From Planctomycetota bacterium (GTDB taxonomy: Bacteria; Planctomycetota; PLA2; JAEUHO01), in assembly GCA_965223505.1 (NCBI GenBank), contig CBDCWP010000030.1, positions 32,001 to 96,000 of the forward strand: a stretch of DNA of 64,000 nt, read 5' to 3'. The notes beneath the pieces were generated by a model. It did no database searches. It was not told where the DNA came from and saw only the letters and a program-made list of their open reading frames with translations. Positions within the stretch are counted from its first letter, which is position 1. The number at the start of each line of letters is the position of its first letter. Position numbers and translations under genes: made by a program. Positions 62,101 through 64,000 of this stretch are shown piece after piece.

Positions 62101-63658
62101 GCATCGACGGATCGAACGTGCGCAGTGCGCCGGTGGACGTCAGCTCGACGCCGGCGAGAGGCGTGGATCCGAAGTCGACGGTCCAGAGGAAGGAATCGGC
62201 CGTCGCCCCCGGATCAAGCACGCGCTGCGAGCTGTGCGGCGCGGGCATATATGCGTCTTGGGGGACGCCGCCGATCGCGCGCATCTGAAGGCCGGGCGCG
62301 CCGCCGTCCGGGTTGTACGGGATCCCGATCTCGAGCTCCGGCAACGAAGCGTACGGAGCGACCGCCGAGAACGCCCCTTCGTTCGTCACGATCGGGTCGA
62401 CCTGGAGCGGGTCGGCCGGTGCGACGTTGAGCGTCACGGTGCCGAAGACGTGCTGACCCGGCGAGTTGGGCACGATGGTGCTGTACGCGTGTACGTACAT
62501 GCGGAACGTCCCCGCCCGGCGCGGCACGCCGCTGAACGACGCGGACGCCTCGACCGGCGCGTCGTCCTGCAGGAAGACACCCTCGGGAGGCATCGGACCG
62601 AGCAGACCGACCGCGCCCACCGGCGGGTACACCTCCGTACTGCCCCCGGACGCGCCGCCGTCGGCGTTCAGTCGGTTCGACGCCGGTCCTGCGGCACTCA
62701 CCGTGAAGCCCGTCGCCGACGTGAACGTCGGCGGCTGGCCGGCGGTGTAGACGAAGTCCTCGTTCGACTCGTTGGGAACGTCATCTACGAGCTCGAACTT
62801 GAACGGAGGCACGCCGGATGCGATCTGAACGAGCTCCGAGTAGATCTTGCCGGCTTGTGCCGGCGCGAGCACGTTCGTGACGAATTCGAGCGGCGGCGTG
62901 GTGATCGCCCACTGCAACTTGCGGACACCGACGTTGCCGATGCTGTCGGTCGCGATGAACGTGAAACGGAACGGACGGCCTGGAAGAATCTCGGTGGGTG
63001 TCCCGACCAAGCTTGCAGATCCGGGCGCGAGGATCACACCGAGCGGAAGCTGGCCGTCGTCCGGATCGAGAGGGTCGTCCGTGAGCGTGACCTCGTACGG
63101 CGGCACGCCGCCCGCGACGATGAGGTCGATCGCGACGAACTGACCGTAGACGGTCGACGGGATCGCATGAACGTCGGCGAAGCTACCCAGCTCGTTGTGA
63201 TTCTCCGGTGCGACCAACGACGGCGTCGCTGCGACGATCGCAACCGAACCCACGCCGACGTTCCACACGAGGTCGACGAAGGCGAACTGGAATGGTAGAC
63301 ATCCTTTGTCGGTGACCTGTAGGCGGAATTCGAACGTACCTTCCTGCAGGCAGTAGCCGGTGATGTGGTGACGCGCGGGATTCCCGCCCGACGCAGGCGT
63401 CGCGTCGACGTTCAGTCCTCTCGGCAGAAAGCCGCTGACGACGTTCAGGTCGTACGGACCGCCGCAACCGCCCTGAACCGGGACCTCGAAGTCGACGAAC
63501 TCGCCGGAAACGGTCGCAGGCGCGACGACGCCCGCAATCGAGAACGATCCAGCTGCAGACATCGGGCCACTTGATCCTCCGCAGGCAGGAAGAAGCAGTG
63601 CCAGAACGAGCGCGATGCAGCCAACCGCAAGCTGCGCGGACCACGTGGACTTCGACAT
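59174..63658 (-). CDS. Very large surface lipoprotein (1494 aa) with putative Ig-like repeats and a Ser/Thr/Tyr-rich beta-propeller-like C-terminal region
   Basis: GGAGG RBS; lipobox LPAC-GG; GGCGGPY, GGVPPY, SGVPPF and LPxG..L repeats; SPDG/SDDG blade-like motifs. Confidence 0.8.
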   Translation of the reverse strand: MSKSTWSAQLAVGCIALVLALLLPACGGSSGPMSAAGSFSIAGVVAPATVSGEFVDFEVPVQGGCGGPYDLNVVSGFLPRGLNVDATPASGGNPARHHITGYCLQEGTFEFRLQVTDKGCLPFQFAFVDLVWNVGVGSVAIVAATPSLVAPENHNELGSFADVHAIPSTVYGQFVAIDLIVAGGVPPYEVTLTDDPLDPDDGQLPLGVILAPGSASLVGTPTEILPGRPFRFTFIATDSIGNVGVRKLQWAITTPPLEFVTNVLAPAQAGKIYSELVQIASGVPPFKFELVDDVPNESNEDFVYTAGQPPTFTSATGFTVSAAGPASNRLNADGGASGGSTEVYPPVGAVGLLGPMPPEGVFLQDDAPVEASASFSGVPRRAGTFRMYVHAYSTIVPNSPGQHVFGTVTLNVAPADPLQVDPIVTNEGAFSAVAPYASLPELEIGIPYNPDGGAPGLQMRAIGGVPQDAYMPAPHSSQRVLDPGATADSFLWTVDFGSTPLAGVELTSTGALRTFDPSMLQRQGPKPLDFEVTDYEIPSKSASATATISVGPDVVIVTHSQQSWTGIYNYYSYFERHEPNDNQQRIRKFQALSSAPIMSPLDDTDLTVGTTLPAAAGVGGAANELGALLSGTSEGDADLDLLRCTINPSGWWDDTNGLNVNGARPFQHSDPNSSYPLYGQNGPYYYRHANWQPSCSAVDLPDAQGVVEDKDQGIYADGGRCYHFESDNRFGVFIIRSNASIYVPFAMEKSNAPGEGGFGDGIFESKIDGQQNGLMRTVQMTVSPDGRIAAMKLKQTPTNQLESSGSSRILLFSLTGEKIFGGQTYRIVDPGGAATGSTSGRYVCANSLVLTNSNLYFLMATQTSTYLQSWSSYYIMRYGVNSGAAAAHLLPQSDGTSTNWQAPNQPIQTVFQHWYLSPYRESVTTYGSWPYHRYWWEDGANFRENALAPLPFRVSRNGMACAILAGPNSTSSLSTTVYRSYLWVDYDGSGVRQATSTLRHATAGGGRGYSLGVGPNEYGMWLRFTGPTTGLEISDDGLRVAFTYTNYTGSFYASASATSSSHTLMQRRQDVVCCSTTAADRWATLANTTQKEVTASAFGGSHRWRFGALVFTADNDGLLFWGGAPATDTLTNSYVYQQSLHFTGTMYSCSNLDSTTSSVRSTCTQANGGSPENIQTYTSGSGAFNPSATSGLNDRYGTLQPFGGFLSRNRNFLYICDLSAVTASANTGCQLVGWNISRLGAGSINGHTNGQGFRLTGWPTRRGFIGNYAYPGYCLNYSYGYAPAGHAGGSRQVMARDTGDVFWGAQYQYAGPYTTTSTTFGGPVHATWGLGCYGYGGTAVFGFNADLGGAVAALHDPSWAPDSTGTQERLHYLEVSDDGSKVAYVTSAYYYYSKYDAERVQLISNISFNTPNGSLHGAFDFNDDARRVESSNGRAGESMALIPNGTDMYYAYKSGAGNETSLEMVKVKVEPDGSTTKSVYGAISARLNVLFAGR

Positions 63659-64000
63659 GGGAACCTCCGAATCACGACAGACAACCCCCGCGTCGTCGAT
63701 CGATGACGCAACGAGGGTAGGGCGCCGCATGTTGAGCTTTCGTGGATTCGGTAGCCCCGAACGGAAGCGCTCTTACCAGAGCCGAGAATCGGTGGGGATA
63801 CACACGCGAAGGGTCGACCGGTAGTCGGGTTTCCACGCAGGCAGAGTGGGAACGTACGCACTCTCGAGGGGCACGGGATTAGCGCGATTCTCATCGAACA
63901 TCGAAGCCGGCGGGGGCGTCACTGAGGTGGCCCTCGAGGCGAGGACGTGGGTATGCGCACTCGCATTTTGACCGTGACTTCCAGCGCGCAGGTTGCACGC

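Noticed and set aside
63659..64000. Possible cyclic-dinucleotide riboswitch upstream of the giant lipoprotein
   Set aside because: Only short fragments (for example CGGGGCTACCGA on the minus strand) resemble known motifs; the conserved core elements were not found by eye. An Rfam scan would be needed.

Overview
High-GC bacterial chromosomal window, probably Planctomycetota (inferred from an ECF sigma factor with a membrane extension, an LRR protein, prenyltransferase-repeat proteins and large lipoproteins). It holds two LPS-core/heptose clusters (about 2.1-17.4 kb and 45-58 kb), a complete H+-type F0F1 ATP synthase operon (18.8-26.3 kb), aat and several large surface lipoproteins. A minus-strand gene string at 33.4-45.2 kb runs: divergent EF-G, HEAT-like protein, two tandem exported thioredoxin-like genes, a stator-only V/A-ATPase-like trio (H/G, I, E), an MCE-like protein and an ABC-ATPase::MlaE fusion. 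The main finding is the tandem pair at 39792-41668, which the ORF track splits into four pieces. Each gene reads through an in-frame TGA at the first position of a thioredoxin-type redox motif (HKDN-U-GPC and HKDF-U-GRC). Each TGA is followed 14-15 nt later by an equivalent SECIS-like hairpin, so these are candidate paralogous, signal-peptide-bearing UxxC selenoproteins of a family I do not recognise. All calls come from reading the sequence by eye; no database searches or folding calculations were run. No rRNA, tRNA, CRISPR array or transposase was seen.
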